Under the pieces are notes generated by a model. That model worked only from the letters and a program-made list of their open reading frames with translations. It was not told where the DNA came from and searched no databases. This document shows positions 48,333-58,567 of a stretch of 62,589 nucleotides of DNA, one piece after another. Every line of letters begins with the position of its first letter. Positions within the stretch are counted from its first letter, which is position 1. Origin of the DNA: Sphingomonadaceae bacterium (GTDB lineage: Bacteria; Chloroflexota; UBA6077); assembly GCA_050261575.1 (NCBI GenBank), contig JBLNDL010000006.1, forward strand, positions 1 to 62,589, in the 5' to 3' direction. A program made the translations under genes and the position numbers.

Positions 48333-49379
48333 ATGATAGAGAGACTGCGGGTGACAGGCCAGACCAGCCAGCCCCAAGAGCAACTCCCGCGGGAACTACT
48401 CCGGCCAGCGGCCAGGGTCGGCCCTGCCACCTACTACGGCTTCCCTGCGCTCAAGCGGCCGGGGTGGGGCCGGGAAGTGGTGCTCTACTTCTACCTCGGG
48501 GGCCTCGCGGCGGGGTCCTACCTGCTGGCCACCCTCTCCGACCTTTTTGGCGCCGAGGGGGATCGGGCTGTGGGCCGCACCGGCCGATACCTTGCCCTCA
48601 TCACGACGATCCTCTGCCCCCTGCTCCTCATCGCCGACCTGGGGCGTCCGGAGAGGTTCGCCAACATGCTGCGGATCATCAAGACTCGCTCCCCCATGAA
48701 CATGGGCACCTGGGGGCTCATCGGCTTCGGGATCTCCGTGGGGCTGGCAGCACTTAGGCAGGCAGTCGCCGACGGCTACATCAGGTCGGAGTCGCTCCTT
48801 GCCCGCATCCTGGGATGGGTCCCCTTCCGAGCCTCCGGGGTGCTCGGCAGCCTCTTCGCCTTCTTCGTCAGCGGCTACACCGGCACGCTGCTTAGCTTTA
48901 CCAACGTGCCGCTGTGGGCCAGGAACTACCTGTTCCTTGCCCCCACCTTCATCACCTCGGCCCTGTCCAGCGGGATCGCCGCCGTGTCCCTCCTGCTGAC
49001 CCTACAGGGCGGGGCCCATTGGCGGCCACTGGCCTGGATGAACAGAACCGGGAACGCCGTCGCCATCGGGGAGGCCGCCCTGACGGCTTCGAGCCTCGCC
49101 ATGCTGGGCCTCCTCGCCCGTCCGCTCCTGCGGCCGCGCCACGGCCTTCCGTTCTGGCTGGGAGCCGTGGGGCTGGGCCAGGTGGCCCCCCTACTCCTGC
49201 GCAACCGGGCTCGCCTCGGACCGAAAGTGACACGCAAACGCTACGCGATCGCGGCGGATCTCTCGGTATTGGCCGGCGGACTCCTCTTCCGGTGGGTGAC
49301 GCTGGAGGCCGGCAAGTCCTCCTCCGATGATGCGCGGGCATACTTCACCTTCGCGAGAGGCCGGCGGTGGGGGCAGTGA
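48333..49379 (+). CDS. NrfD/PsrC-family membrane subunit
   Basis: W...LYFYLGG.AAG, DLGRPERF, SPM..G.W, YTG.LL...VP.W. Confidence 0.92.
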   Translation: MIERLRVTGQTSQPQEQLPRELLRPAARVGPATYYGFPALKRPGWGREVVLYFYLGGLAAGSYLLATLSDLFGAEGDRAVGRTGRYLALITTILCPLLLIADLGRPERFANMLRIIKTRSPMNMGTWGLIGFGISVGLAALRQAVADGYIRSESLLARILGWVPFRASGVLGSLFAFFVSGYTGTLLSFTNVPLWARNYLFLAPTFITSALSSGIAAVSLLLTLQGGAHWRPLAWMNRTGNAVAIGEAALTASSLAMLGLLARPLLRPRHGLPFWLGAVGLGQVAPLLLRNRARLGPKVTRKRYAIAADLSVLAGGLLFRWVTLEAGKSSSDDARAYFTFARGRRWGQ

Positions 49380-49681
49380 CGCTATGCACGCTCGCGTCAC
49401 GGCCCCTACTGATGGGCCAGTGATGCCAATAAGCATCACGCGTTTCAGGGTGCGGCTGCGCTCGTGAACCCCACTCGGCAGGTACACCACCTGAGCCGGT
49501 GTCTCTGAGCAGGTACCTCCAGTTGATGCCAACTCCTCTGGCGGGAAACGTTTACCCTGTCTAGAGATACCTGCATAATTCATGTCAACTTCTCCAACCG
49601 GGCACGTGTACTCTGTCTGGAGTTGCCTGGTTAGAGGTCCGCTCCTGGCACGCTTCCTGGCGCAAGGGGGTGGAGGCACTG

Positions 49682-50638
49682 ATGAAGAGAAGCCAAGCTC
49701 GACCCGTAGCCGAACAGGTCCATCGCGGGGAGCGGGGGAGGGTAGTGCTGATGGAGAAGGAGCGTCTTCGACTGCAAGCGATAGAACCGGTCCGGAAGGA
49801 GGAGACACCCCCCGAGATCCGGTCGGTCCTGGAGGACATCCAGGATACGATGGGCATCCCCTGGGCGCCGGTCAACTGGCGCAGCTACGCCAGATACCCC
49901 AGGGTGCTTCAGCTTTTCTGGGAGAGGCTCAAGCCCGCCGTGGCGACCGAGGGCTTCCTGAAGGAGGCATTGAACATCGCGGAACTCGCCTATCGCGACG
50001 TCAGCGCGTGGTACCTGCCCAGCAGCCGAATCATCCTGGCCAGCCAGGATCGCCAGCCCCTGCAATGGGAACTGGATGCCCTGGAGTACGGGAATCCGCA
50101 ACTACTGATACAGCAGGCCGCGCTCACCCGCATCGTGCGTGGCCTGTACGCGGGTAGGGAGGGCCCGCCACGAGCGAGAAGCCGGCCGAGCCCTTACCGC
50201 CACCCGGAGTTGGTGATGGTCTCCGAGGAGGAGGCTCCCGAGCCCATTCGGCAGCTCTACCAGGATATCAAGCGGACCATCGACCTGCCCCTGGTGACCT
50301 CCGACTACCAGACCCTGGCCAAGTGGCCGGGCTTCCTCGTCCCCGCTTGGGACGACGTCAAGAGGTGGCGCGCACGGGACGAGTATCGCCGGCTGGAGTA
50401 CCGGATTGCGGAGAGAGCGGAGATGGCAGCCGGCAGGCTCACCCCACCCGTCGGTGTGGACCCGGCCGAACTGCGGGCGGCGGCCGGCAGCCAGGAGGAG
50501 CACGAGGGGCTGCTCGCCCTGGTGCAACTGTTCACCCATCTGCTTCCGGGGCTTATCGTCAACATCGCCCTGTTCCGTATCGCTGCCACGGCGGGAGAGT
50601 CCCTGCCACCCCCCACACCGGGTTCGGGCGGCTCGTGA
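49682..50638 (+). CDS. DehI-family (group I) haloacid dehalogenase-like protein
   Basis: Internal duplication EI..V.EDI..T.G.PW / I..LY.DI..T...P.V.SDY..LA.WP. Confidence 0.75.
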   Translation: MKRSQARPVAEQVHRGERGRVVLMEKERLRLQAIEPVRKEETPPEIRSVLEDIQDTMGIPWAPVNWRSYARYPRVLQLFWERLKPAVATEGFLKEALNIAELAYRDVSAWYLPSSRIILASQDRQPLQWELDALEYGNPQLLIQQAALTRIVRGLYAGREGPPRARSRPSPYRHPELVMVSEEEAPEPIRQLYQDIKRTIDLPLVTSDYQTLAKWPGFLVPAWDDVKRWRARDEYRRLEYRIAERAEMAAGRLTPPVGVDPAELRAAAGSQEEHEGLLALVQLFTHLLPGLIVNIALFRIAATAGESLPPPTPGSGGS

Positions 50639-50877
50639 CCCGCGCCGGTGGCGAATCGACTGGACACAGCCTCGCTCGCCCCTGTGTCCCACCGAACAAT
50701 CCCCCCCGCCGCCCGCTAGCCGAGAGGCATGCCGCGGCGGGGGATGCACTTCTGCCCTGCTGCAGGAACGACGCACTCGGTCGGTCCGGCACCGGAGCAT
50801 TCCGCTGGCACAACATATGTTGTAGTGGCCATGCGAAACGGTGCACTACATTTGAAGTGGACTTCGGAGGGTGGTTC

Positions 50878-51318
50878 GTGCCGAAGAAGTTGCTGTTGCC
50901 CGCCGACCAAGTGGTGCAGGTCTCGCTCGGGATCCAACTGCTGGACTTCGACGAGGCAGAGAGGGTGTCCAATCAGACATGGGCCGGTGCCGAGGAGGTG
51001 CTGTCCACCGTCGATCTCTCCCGCCATCCGTCCAGCGCGGCCGCGCTGCGATTCCTCCTCGACCGAGGTTGGGAGGCCGACAGCGTCACCGGTCTGCTGC
51101 TGGGCATCTGGATGAGGAAAACGGGCACCGCGGGGGAGATCGCGAGCGATCTCCTCTCGCTGGAGCCTGGCCATCGCCGAGTGTTGACGGCCCTCTACGC
51201 GGCCGGAGACTCCCGCACCGTGATCCAGTACTCCATCACCCGCGACGGCACCCTCTTGCAGCACAGCTACAACCGAAAGGCCCTGGGGAGCGCCGAGATC
51301 AAGCTATTCGCGGTCTGA
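50878..51318 (+). CDS. Hypothetical protein
   Basis: GGAGG RBS and GTG start, coding-like bias. Confidence 0.55.
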   Translation: MPKKLLLPADQVVQVSLGIQLLDFDEAERVSNQTWAGAEEVLSTVDLSRHPSSAAALRFLLDRGWEADSVTGLLLGIWMRKTGTAGEIASDLLSLEPGHRRVLTALYAAGDSRTVIQYSITRDGTLLQHSYNRKALGSAEIKLFAV

Positions 51319-51585
51319 CGGCCTGGTGACCGGCGAGGGGCGGCCGGCGAACGCACCCGGACCGGACTCACCCCAGTTGACGGCGGAAACACAGAGTCAC
51401 GGAGACGATCGACTCGCATCTCCGTGACTCTGGGTCCCTGACACGTCACGCTGTTTGCGTGCCCTCGCTACCCACACCCGGGCCGGGCGGACACGCAGGT
51501 CCGCCCCTACGCCGGAGCCCGATGGTGGGGACACAGGGCCCCCGCCCCATAGAGGGAAGAGTGTACTCTATCTAGAGATGCACGC

Positions 51586-52770
51586 TTAGGCATTGGAGCG
51601 CAACTCCTCCATGGCGGCCTTGAAGATGGCGACGCCCTCCTTGATCACCTCGACCGAGGGGGCGAAAGTGAAGCGGAGGTGCTTCTCCCCCATGGCGCCG
51701 AACTCAGTCCCGGGGCGGACGTTCAGGCCTCGCTCGTAGAGGTAGGCCATCATCTCCACGGCCGAGAGGGGCGCCTCGTAGCGAACCCAAGCGTAGAAGG
51801 CGGCCTCCGGCTCGTAGACGTGGACGCCGGGGATCTCGGCAAGCCCTTCCCACATCGCCTTCCGCTGGGCTTCGTACTGGGCCAGCATCCACGATCGCCA
51901 CTTCACGTCCTCGGCCTCGTTGGTCAGCGCCTCCAAGGCGGCCCGTTGGCCGATGCTGTTGACGTAGCCCACCGTCGCCCGGTTGATCGCCGCGATCGAC
52001 TTCAGCAGACCACGTTTGGCCACCGCCCACCCCACTCGCCAGCCGGTCATCGCGTAGCTCTTGGAGAAGGAGTTCACCAGGACGGTGCGCTCGGTCAGCG
52101 CGGGATGGCCCAAGGCAGAGAGATGCTTCCCCTTGAACGTCAACTGGTCGTACACCTCGTCGGAGAGCACAACCAGGTCGTGTTCGGCGGCGATGGCGGC
52201 CAGGCCGTCCAGCTCCGAGGCCATCAGTTGCTGGCCAGTGGGGTTCGAGGGGTAGTTCAGCACCAGCATCTTGGTCCTGGGGGTGACGGCAGAGCGAACC
52301 GCGTCCACGTCCACCTTGAAGCTGCTGGTCAGGGGCACCGGAACAGCCTTGGCGCCGATGATCCTGGCTACATCGGCGTAGAGGGAGTAGGTGGGATCCA
52401 GGAGAATCACCTCGTCCCCCTCGTTCAGCAATCCCACCATCGCCGAGCTGACGGCGCCGGTGCCGCCGTTGGTGACCACCACGTCCGAGGCTGAGACGGG
52501 GACCCCGCTGATCCTCGACTGATAGGCGGCGATGGCCTCCCTCAACTGAGGATCTCCCTGGGGTGCGGGATAGTGGGTGTAACCCTCTCGCATCGCCCTG
52601 ATGGCAGCCTGTACGACGTACTCCGGAGTGTCGAAGCTGGGGTCTCCACGGTGGAGGCCGATCATCTTGGCGGTCTTAGGTTTGGGTAGCTTGTCGGCAA
52701 GATTCCGCTGGGAGCCGCTGAGACGCTCCACAGCTCGTGATGCACTGATCACCAGCAGAGACCTCCTCAC
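51586..52770 (-). CDS. PLP-dependent aminotransferase class I/II
   Basis: NYPSNPTG, SDEVY, SFSKSYAMTGWRVG. Confidence 0.93.
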   Translation of the reverse strand: MRRSLLVISASRAVERLSGSQRNLADKLPKPKTAKMIGLHRGDPSFDTPEYVVQAAIRAMREGYTHYPAPQGDPQLREAIAAYQSRISGVPVSASDVVVTNGGTGAVSSAMVGLLNEGDEVILLDPTYSLYADVARIIGAKAVPVPLTSSFKVDVDAVRSAVTPRTKMLVLNYPSNPTGQQLMASELDGLAAIAAEHDLVVLSDEVYDQLTFKGKHLSALGHPALTERTVLVNSFSKSYAMTGWRVGWAVAKRGLLKSIAAINRATVGYVNSIGQRAALEALTNEAEDVKWRSWMLAQYEAQRKAMWEGLAEIPGVHVYEPEAAFYAWVRYEAPLSAVEMMAYLYERGLNVRPGTEFGAMGEKHLRFTFAPSVEVIKEGVAIFKAAMEELRSNA

Positions 52771-52872
52771 TTGGAATTGAGCTATATGCTACCACAGGAA
52801 GGGGCGAAAGCATGCCGAAGCCCGAGGGGACCCCTCGGGCTTCGCGAACGGAGAAACGTGGCCTGTCTGGTC

Positions 52873-53175
52873 CTACCGGCCCATCCGGCCGCCCATCTCA
52901 CGCATCTCTTGAGCGGTCTCGCGCACCGTCCCTCCAGCCTTTCGCATCTCCTCGATCGGCCGCTCAGTACTCGGATGGAGCAGCTTGTAAATCAAGGCGA
53001 ATGCCGCGAAGGTGGGAGGCCACTGTCCCACGAAGATGGCTGCCGATCGACGGCCAGTTATGTACAAGAAGGCCGACGCCAGGATGCTACCCACAGCCAG
53101 GCCGATATATGCCTGAGTGGGGATCTGCTCCAGGGCCTGCGAGATGTTGCCCTGGGTTTCCTCCATTTCCCGCAT
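52873..53175 (-). CDS. Small membrane protein (FVGQW.PTF family)
   Basis: GAGGAG RBS, two hydrophobic segments. Confidence 0.65.
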   Translation of the reverse strand: MREMEETQGNISQALEQIPTQAYIGLAVGSILASAFLYITGRRSAAIFVGQWPPTFAAFALIYKLLHPSTERPIEEMRKAGGTVRETAQEMREMGGRMGR

Positions 53176-53281
53176 GGCTATCTCCTCGATCGGTATAGTC
53201 ACCGCACGTCCCCCAATTGGGGAAGCGGAGTGACGCACCCTCCGTGCCAGCAATTGTTCGACGAGGGGAGGCTCGTCGGGC

Positions 53282-53797
53282 TCAGGGGATAGGAAGCAGG
53301 TACTCCACGGGGATGTATCCCTCCGCACCGTCCGGGGCGCGCACCTTACGCCAATCGCGCCCGTCTCCCTCGACGATGCCGCCGGTCACCTCCATCCTGC
53401 TACCGTCGCGCCACGCCTTCAACCTGTCATCCATGCGGGGTGTTCGGCGGAGATACACCCCCTGCCCGTCGGTGTTGCCGACCGCCATAAACTGCGTGGT
53501 ATCGGGCACGCCGGTTGGGGTAGGAAGAGGGGTTGGCGGAGGGATCGGAGTCGGAGATGGGACGCTCGTGGGGCTCTTCCGCGGCACAACCGTAGGGGAC
53601 GTGGCCTGGACGGATTGGCCGAATCCGTAGTCTGCCAGATCGATCAGATCCTTGCCAGTGATCGTCCGATAGCCCAGGACGATGCCGGCAGTCGCCACAC
53701 TCAGCATTAGGAAGAAGGTGAAGAATCTCAACAGCCGGCGCTCCTTCCATCTGGTGGGGTGGCTACGGCAGATTGGCAGCCGCCGCCAAAGGAGCAA
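53282..53797 (-). CDS. Membrane-anchored SH3b domain protein (start uncertain)
   Basis: TM helix, PT-rich linker, NTDG.GV.LR..P...W..V....G.EGYI. Confidence 0.8.
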   Translation of the reverse strand: MLLWRRLPICRSHPTRWKERRLLRFFTFFLMLSVATAGIVLGYRTITGKDLIDLADYGFGQSVQATSPTVVPRKSPTSVPSPTPIPPPTPLPTPTGVPDTTQFMAVGNTDGQGVYLRRTPRMDDRLKAWRDGSRMEVTGGIVEGDGRDWRKVRAPDGAEGYIPVEYLLPIP

Positions 53798-53881
53798 CTA
53801 GCATGTTCCGTACCTTCACTTGCCGTCGATCGATGAGGGCACACAAAGCAGCAGGGGCGACCGACCGGCCGCCCCTACTCG

Positions 53882-55297
53882 TTACGCTACACCGTCGCTC
53901 TGTGGTTCCGCGGCGGCCACCTTGGGAGGGCTCTTCCGCCTGGACCGCGTTCGCTTCGGCTTCTCCGCGGGCGCGGGCTCGGCCTGCGCCGTCTCGGTCT
54001 TCTCCTCCTCGGCTGGAGCCGCAACCGGCTCGACCGCCAAGGTCTCCGCTGCGGGCTCGGCGGCCACCTCCAGCGGCTCACCAACGGGCGAGGCCGCAAC
54101 AGGGTCCGATCCCCTCAACACCGACTCCACGAAGGCGTCGAGATCCACCATGGGGGAAAGGCCAGCCCTCTCCGGTTCCGGGCTCCGAGGCTCGGCCGCC
54201 GCCTCGGGGACCGGCTCCCCTTGGATCTGCCCAACGGTCGCCCGGCTCGAGTCGCCCGACTCCGATTCTTTCGGCGCAACCGAAGGGTCGCTGGAGGCCA
54301 CGATCGGCGCTGGGTCCTCCACTGCGGCGGGCAGCACCGTGCGTCCGTTCTTCTCCTCCCGGGTGAGGATCGTCTCCACCGAAGTCCCTCCGACCACCAG
54401 CCGCTCCCGAAGCAGCTTGCCGGAGTCCACCAGGGCCTGAATCCGGTTCGCGATACGGGAACGCAATTCACCGGTCGGGGTCCGGTCCACCGGGCAGAGC
54501 GCCCGAGCCAACCGCCGCGGGGTGCATATCCCCTCGGCCGCGATGATCCTCCTCACCTCCGCCAACACCTCGCCATCGCTGGGCAGCCGCACCTGCTCCT
54601 GAGTCTCCACCCGAACGGGTTCGGGGACACGCTCGACTCGCACCGGTTCAGGCACACGCTCCACGCGGGCGGGCTCGGCCACTCGCTCCGCGCGAGCCGC
54701 CTCCGCAGGCCGCTCCAGCCGGACCGGCTCCGCCTGCCTCTCCGCACGCATCGCGGCGACGCCTCGCCCCGCTCGGCCGGACTCGGCCGAGCGACCTGCT
54801 CGGGCCGGCTCCGGACGGGACGGAGGCAGCGCCACGAACTCGTCGGCGCACAACCGGAACTCCCGACACACCTTCGACTCTTCGGCCACCACCACCACCC
54901 GACGATCGTGCCGCCGCAGCGCGTTCGCCACGGCTATGTAGTCCCGGCTGGTGGCCACCAAGAGGTAGGTCTCTACCCCGCCCAACTCCTCCAACTGGTC
55001 GCGAAGGTCCTGCGCCATCACGTCGGAAACGATCGGCTTGGGGGTTCCATCCCCGTTCGGCCAGGTGGGGCAGTGGACGAGTGTGAAGCCCATCTGGTAG
55101 AGCTGAACGGACAGGTCGGAGAGGCCAGGCTGCTGGAAGTCGGCGAAGGCTCGAGCGGCCACCGGACGCCCATACCTGTTGATAATGCTCCTCAAGGGCT
55201 CCGCGGAGGCAGCGGTGAGGTCGCTGGCGTCGATCGTGACACTGATCACGTCGTCGGCGATCACACTCGCTCGCATCTTCTCGTCTTGAATCGCCAT
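53882..55297 (-). CDS. NYN-domain protein with repeat-rich linker
   Basis: YG......AFADF, D..M..D, LVA.S.DY......LR; 9-aa EPxRVERV repeats. Confidence 0.75.
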   Translation of the reverse strand: MAIQDEKMRASVIADDVISVTIDASDLTAASAEPLRSIINRYGRPVAARAFADFQQPGLSDLSVQLYQMGFTLVHCPTWPNGDGTPKPIVSDVMAQDLRDQLEELGGVETYLLVATSRDYIAVANALRRHDRRVVVVAEESKVCREFRLCADEFVALPPSRPEPARAGRSAESGRAGRGVAAMRAERQAEPVRLERPAEAARAERVAEPARVERVPEPVRVERVPEPVRVETQEQVRLPSDGEVLAEVRRIIAAEGICTPRRLARALCPVDRTPTGELRSRIANRIQALVDSGKLLRERLVVGGTSVETILTREEKNGRTVLPAAVEDPAPIVASSDPSVAPKESESGDSSRATVGQIQGEPVPEAAAEPRSPEPERAGLSPMVDLDAFVESVLRGSDPVAASPVGEPLEVAAEPAAETLAVEPVAAPAEEEKTETAQAEPAPAEKPKRTRSRRKSPPKVAAAEPQSDGVA

Positions 55298-55414
55298 AAG
55301 TCCGTCGATTACTCCGAACTCTCAGAATGTCTAGTTGTCTCTAGACTACCGCACTCTCGACTGATTATAACGTAGAAAGGCCCTGCAGTCCACTTTGCCG
55401 GCCTGCGACGGTCG

Positions 55415-56887
55415 CTAGCCTAGTGTTGCCAGCACCCCAGCCAGCCTATCCACCCCCTCCCTGATCCGCTCCTCCGGCATTCCCGCGTAGCCCAACACCA
55501 GGGCGGGCCAAGGGCTAGGGCCAAAGTAGTACGGTGCGGCCGGATAGACAGCCACCCCCACCGAGGCGGCCCTGGCCACCAACTGGGTCTCGTCCACCGG
55601 CAGCAGCACCCGCACCATCAGGTGCATGCCTGCGCTCTCCCCCATCACCTCGACGTCGCCGCCCAGCCGCCTCTCCAGCGCCTCCACCAGGGCCTGGCGC
55701 CGGCTGCGGTAGAGCTGGCGCATCCTCCTCAGGTGGCGCTCGAAGTGCCCCTCGGCGAGAAAGGCGGCCAGCAACTGCTGCTCCAGGATCGGGGTTTGGC
55801 GGTCAGTCAACTCCTTCGCCTCCACGAACGCCCCCACCAGGTGCGACGGGAGCACCGCATATCCGACCCTCAACGAGGGGAACAGCACCTTGGAGAAGCT
55901 TCCCAGGTAGACCACCGAACCTGACTCGTCCAGCCCCTGGAGCGAGGCGAGGGGCCTGCCCTCGAAGCGCAATCCGCTATCGTAGTCGTCCTCCACCACC
56001 AGTCCGCCCTCCTCAGCCGCCCAGGCAAGGATCGACAACCGGCGCGACAGGCTGAGGACGGCGCCCGTGGGGAACTGGTGAGACGGGGACACCAACGCCA
56101 GAGCCGCACCCGTGCCCTTTAGCCTCTCCACCACCATTCCCTGCTCGTCGACGGGAACAGGGTGCAGTCTCGCTCCATACCAGGCGAATAGCTGCCTTGC
56201 GGAGGGATAGCCGGGGTCCTCCACGGCCACACGATCACCCGGCTTCAGCAGCACCCTCGCCAGCAGATCGAGGGCTTGCTGGGTACCGTTGACGATCACC
56301 ACCTCGTCCGGGCGGCAGCGCACCGCTCGGGAGCGCGCCAGGAAGCCGGCCACCTCCTCCCGCAGCGGCCGGTAGCCCCGGGGGTCGCCGTAGTCCATGG
56401 TCTCACGCCAGCCTCTCCTCCACTGGCGCCCCAACAGCCGCCGCCAGGTCGCTGCCGGGAAATCGTCCCAGGCACCCTGACCTGGATCGAAGTCGAAGGG
56501 CAGCCCACCAGAGGGAGCGGCTCCGGTTCGGCACTGCTCCGCGTTCCTGACCACTCGCCGCGGCATGACGCCCCCCTGCCTGGGCACGCCGCGCCCGTCC
56601 CCTGCGCCGTGAGGGCGCCCGTCGGGGAGCGCGGAGGAGACGTAGCTGCCAGACCCCTGCCGCACGGTCAGGTATCCCTCGGCCTCTAGTTCGGCGTACG
56701 CCTGGGTTACGGTGTTCCGCGAGAGGCTGAGCTGCCTGGCCAGGGCGCGGGTCGAGGGCAGCTTAAGGCCGGGCGGCAGGCGGCCCGAGAGGATGCTATC
56801 CCGCAACCCCTCGTACAGTTGCCGGTAGAGGGGCTGCTCCAGGGAATCATCCAGGACGATCGCCAGGTCCACGATCACCTCACACAA
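55415..56887 (-). CDS. pdxR: MocR/GabR-family regulator, PdxR-like
   Basis: GntR HTH plus aminotransferase-like domain (EDDYD, FSK); divergent from pdxST. Confidence 0.85.
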   Translation of the reverse strand: MCEVIVDLAIVLDDSLEQPLYRQLYEGLRDSILSGRLPPGLKLPSTRALARQLSLSRNTVTQAYAELEAEGYLTVRQGSGSYVSSALPDGRPHGAGDGRGVPRQGGVMPRRVVRNAEQCRTGAAPSGGLPFDFDPGQGAWDDFPAATWRRLLGRQWRRGWRETMDYGDPRGYRPLREEVAGFLARSRAVRCRPDEVVIVNGTQQALDLLARVLLKPGDRVAVEDPGYPSARQLFAWYGARLHPVPVDEQGMVVERLKGTGAALALVSPSHQFPTGAVLSLSRRLSILAWAAEEGGLVVEDDYDSGLRFEGRPLASLQGLDESGSVVYLGSFSKVLFPSLRVGYAVLPSHLVGAFVEAKELTDRQTPILEQQLLAAFLAEGHFERHLRRMRQLYRSRRQALVEALERRLGGDVEVMGESAGMHLMVRVLLPVDETQLVARAASVGVAVYPAAPYYFGPSPWPALVLGYAGMPEERIREGVDRLAGVLATLG

Positions 56888-56936
56888 AGTGGTACTCTAT
56901 GATTGCACAATAGTGGCACTTGTGGAAGTCCACTTT
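56886..56936. promoter_or_regulatory. Putative PdxR operator
   Basis: AAAGTGG, TAGTGG direct repeats and inverted CCACTTT. Confidence 0.65.
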
Positions 56937-57026
56937 CTGGGCTAGCTTGAGAAGCGAGGACTGAGAGGCTATCGCTCAGCACCCAGGACTCAGCACGAAG
57001 GACCCAGAACCTTTGGAGGATCGAGA

Positions 57027-57908
57027 ATGGAGCAAGCCACCTGGACGGTGAAGAAGGGCCTCGCCCAGATGCTGAAGGGCGGGGTGATTATGGATGTCGT
57101 TACCCCGGAGCACGCGCGCATCGCCGAGGATGCCGGAGCCTGCGCGGTGATGGCGCTGGAGAGGGTCCCCGCTGACATTCGCGCAGCAGGCGGGGTTGCC
57201 CGGATGAGCGACCCGGAGGTGATCCTCCGGATCATGGAGGCGGTCAGCATCCCGGTCATGGCGAAGTGCCGCATCGGCCACTTCGTCGAGGCGCAGGTGC
57301 TGGAAGCGCTCGGCGTCGACTACATCGACGAAAGCGAGGTCCTCACACCCGCGGACGAGAGCCACCACGTCAACAAGCACGCCTTCAAGGTCCCCTTCGT
57401 CTGCGGCTGCCGCAACCTGGGGGAGGCTCTCCGCCGCATCGGAGAGGGCGCGGCGATGATCCGCACCAAGGGTGAGGCGGGTACCGGGAACATCGTCGAG
57501 GCGGTGCGACACGCCAGGACGGTGCTCGACGAGATCCGCCGCCTCCATAGCCTGCCGGAGGAGGAGTGGATGTCGGCCGCCAAGGAGCTGCAGGCCCCGT
57601 ACGAACTGGTGGCGGAGGTGGCTCGAACGGGCAAGCTGCCGGTGGTCAACTTCGCCGCCGGGGGTGTGGCCACCCCGGCCGATGCCGCGCTGATGATGCA
57701 GCTCGGCGTGGATGGGGTCTTCGTGGGCTCCGGCATCTTCAAGTCCGAGGACCCAGCCCGCCGCGCTCGAGCCATCGTACAGGCCACCACCCACTACGAC
57801 GACCCGAAGATCATCGCCGAGGTCTCCCGCGGACTGGGCTCGGCCATGCCAGGCATCGAACTGTCCACGCTGAGCAGCGAAGAGCGGCTGGCGACCAGGG
57901 GGTGGTGA
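57027..57908 (+). CDS. pdxS: Pyridoxal 5'-phosphate synthase subunit PdxS
   Basis: [31 protein letters not shown]. Confidence 0.98.
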   Translation: MEQATWTVKKGLAQMLKGGVIMDVVTPEHARIAEDAGACAVMALERVPADIRAAGGVARMSDPEVILRIMEAVSIPVMAKCRIGHFVEAQVLEALGVDYIDESEVLTPADESHHVNKHAFKVPFVCGCRNLGEALRRIGEGAAMIRTKGEAGTGNIVEAVRHARTVLDEIRRLHSLPEEEWMSAAKELQAPYELVAEVARTGKLPVVNFAAGGVATPADAALMMQLGVDGVFVGSGIFKSEDPARRARAIVQATTHYDDPKIIAEVSRGLGSAMPGIELSTLSSEERLATRGW

Positions 57909-57909
57909 G

Positions 57910-58485
57910 GTGTCCCGCATCGGCGTACTTGCCCTGCAGGGGGCATTCCGGGAGCACGCAGAGGCCTTCAGGGGACTGGGAGCCGAGGCCGTGGAGGTGC
58001 GGCTCCCAAGGCAACTGGACGGGCTGGACGGGCTGGTCATTCCCGGCGGGGAGAGCACGACCATAAGCCTGCTGCTGGACGGCTGTGGCCTGCGCCGTCC
58101 GATCCTGGAGCTGGCCGCACGCGGCTGGCCACTCTGGGGAACCTGCGCGGGTCTGATCATGCTGGCCAAGAACGTAGGGGACGAGCGAGTGAGGAGCCTG
58201 GAGTTGATGGATCTCAAGGTGGTTCGCAACGCCTTCGGGCGCCAGGTCGACAGCTTCGAGGTGGACCTGCCAGTGCCCGCACTGGGCGATCCACCCTTCC
58301 GGGCGATCTTCATTCGGGCGCCCATCGTCGAGGAGGTGGGATCACCGGTGGAGGTGCTAGCGCGTCTGCCAGATGGGCGCATCGCCGCCGCCCGTCAGGG
58401 CAGGTTGCTGGCCACGGCGTTCCACCCCGAACTGACCGGCGACACACGGTTCCACCGGCTGTTCTTAGAGATGTGCGCCGCCTAG
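57910..58485 (+). CDS. pdxT: PLP synthase glutaminase subunit PdxT
   Basis: GVLALQG, PGGEST, GTCAG, FHPEL. Confidence 0.98.
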   Translation: MSRIGVLALQGAFREHAEAFRGLGAEAVEVRLPRQLDGLDGLVIPGGESTTISLLLDGCGLRRPILELAARGWPLWGTCAGLIMLAKNVGDERVRSLELMDLKVVRNAFGRQVDSFEVDLPVPALGDPPFRAIFIRAPIVEEVGSPVEVLARLPDGRIAAARQGRLLATAFHPELTGDTRFHRLFLEMCAA

Positions 58486-58567
58486 GCAGGTATCTCAGGA
58501 TGGGGGAGGCGTGACGCGAGCGCGCGCAGCGTCGAGCCTCCCCCGCCCTACTTCAGCAATGGCACAC

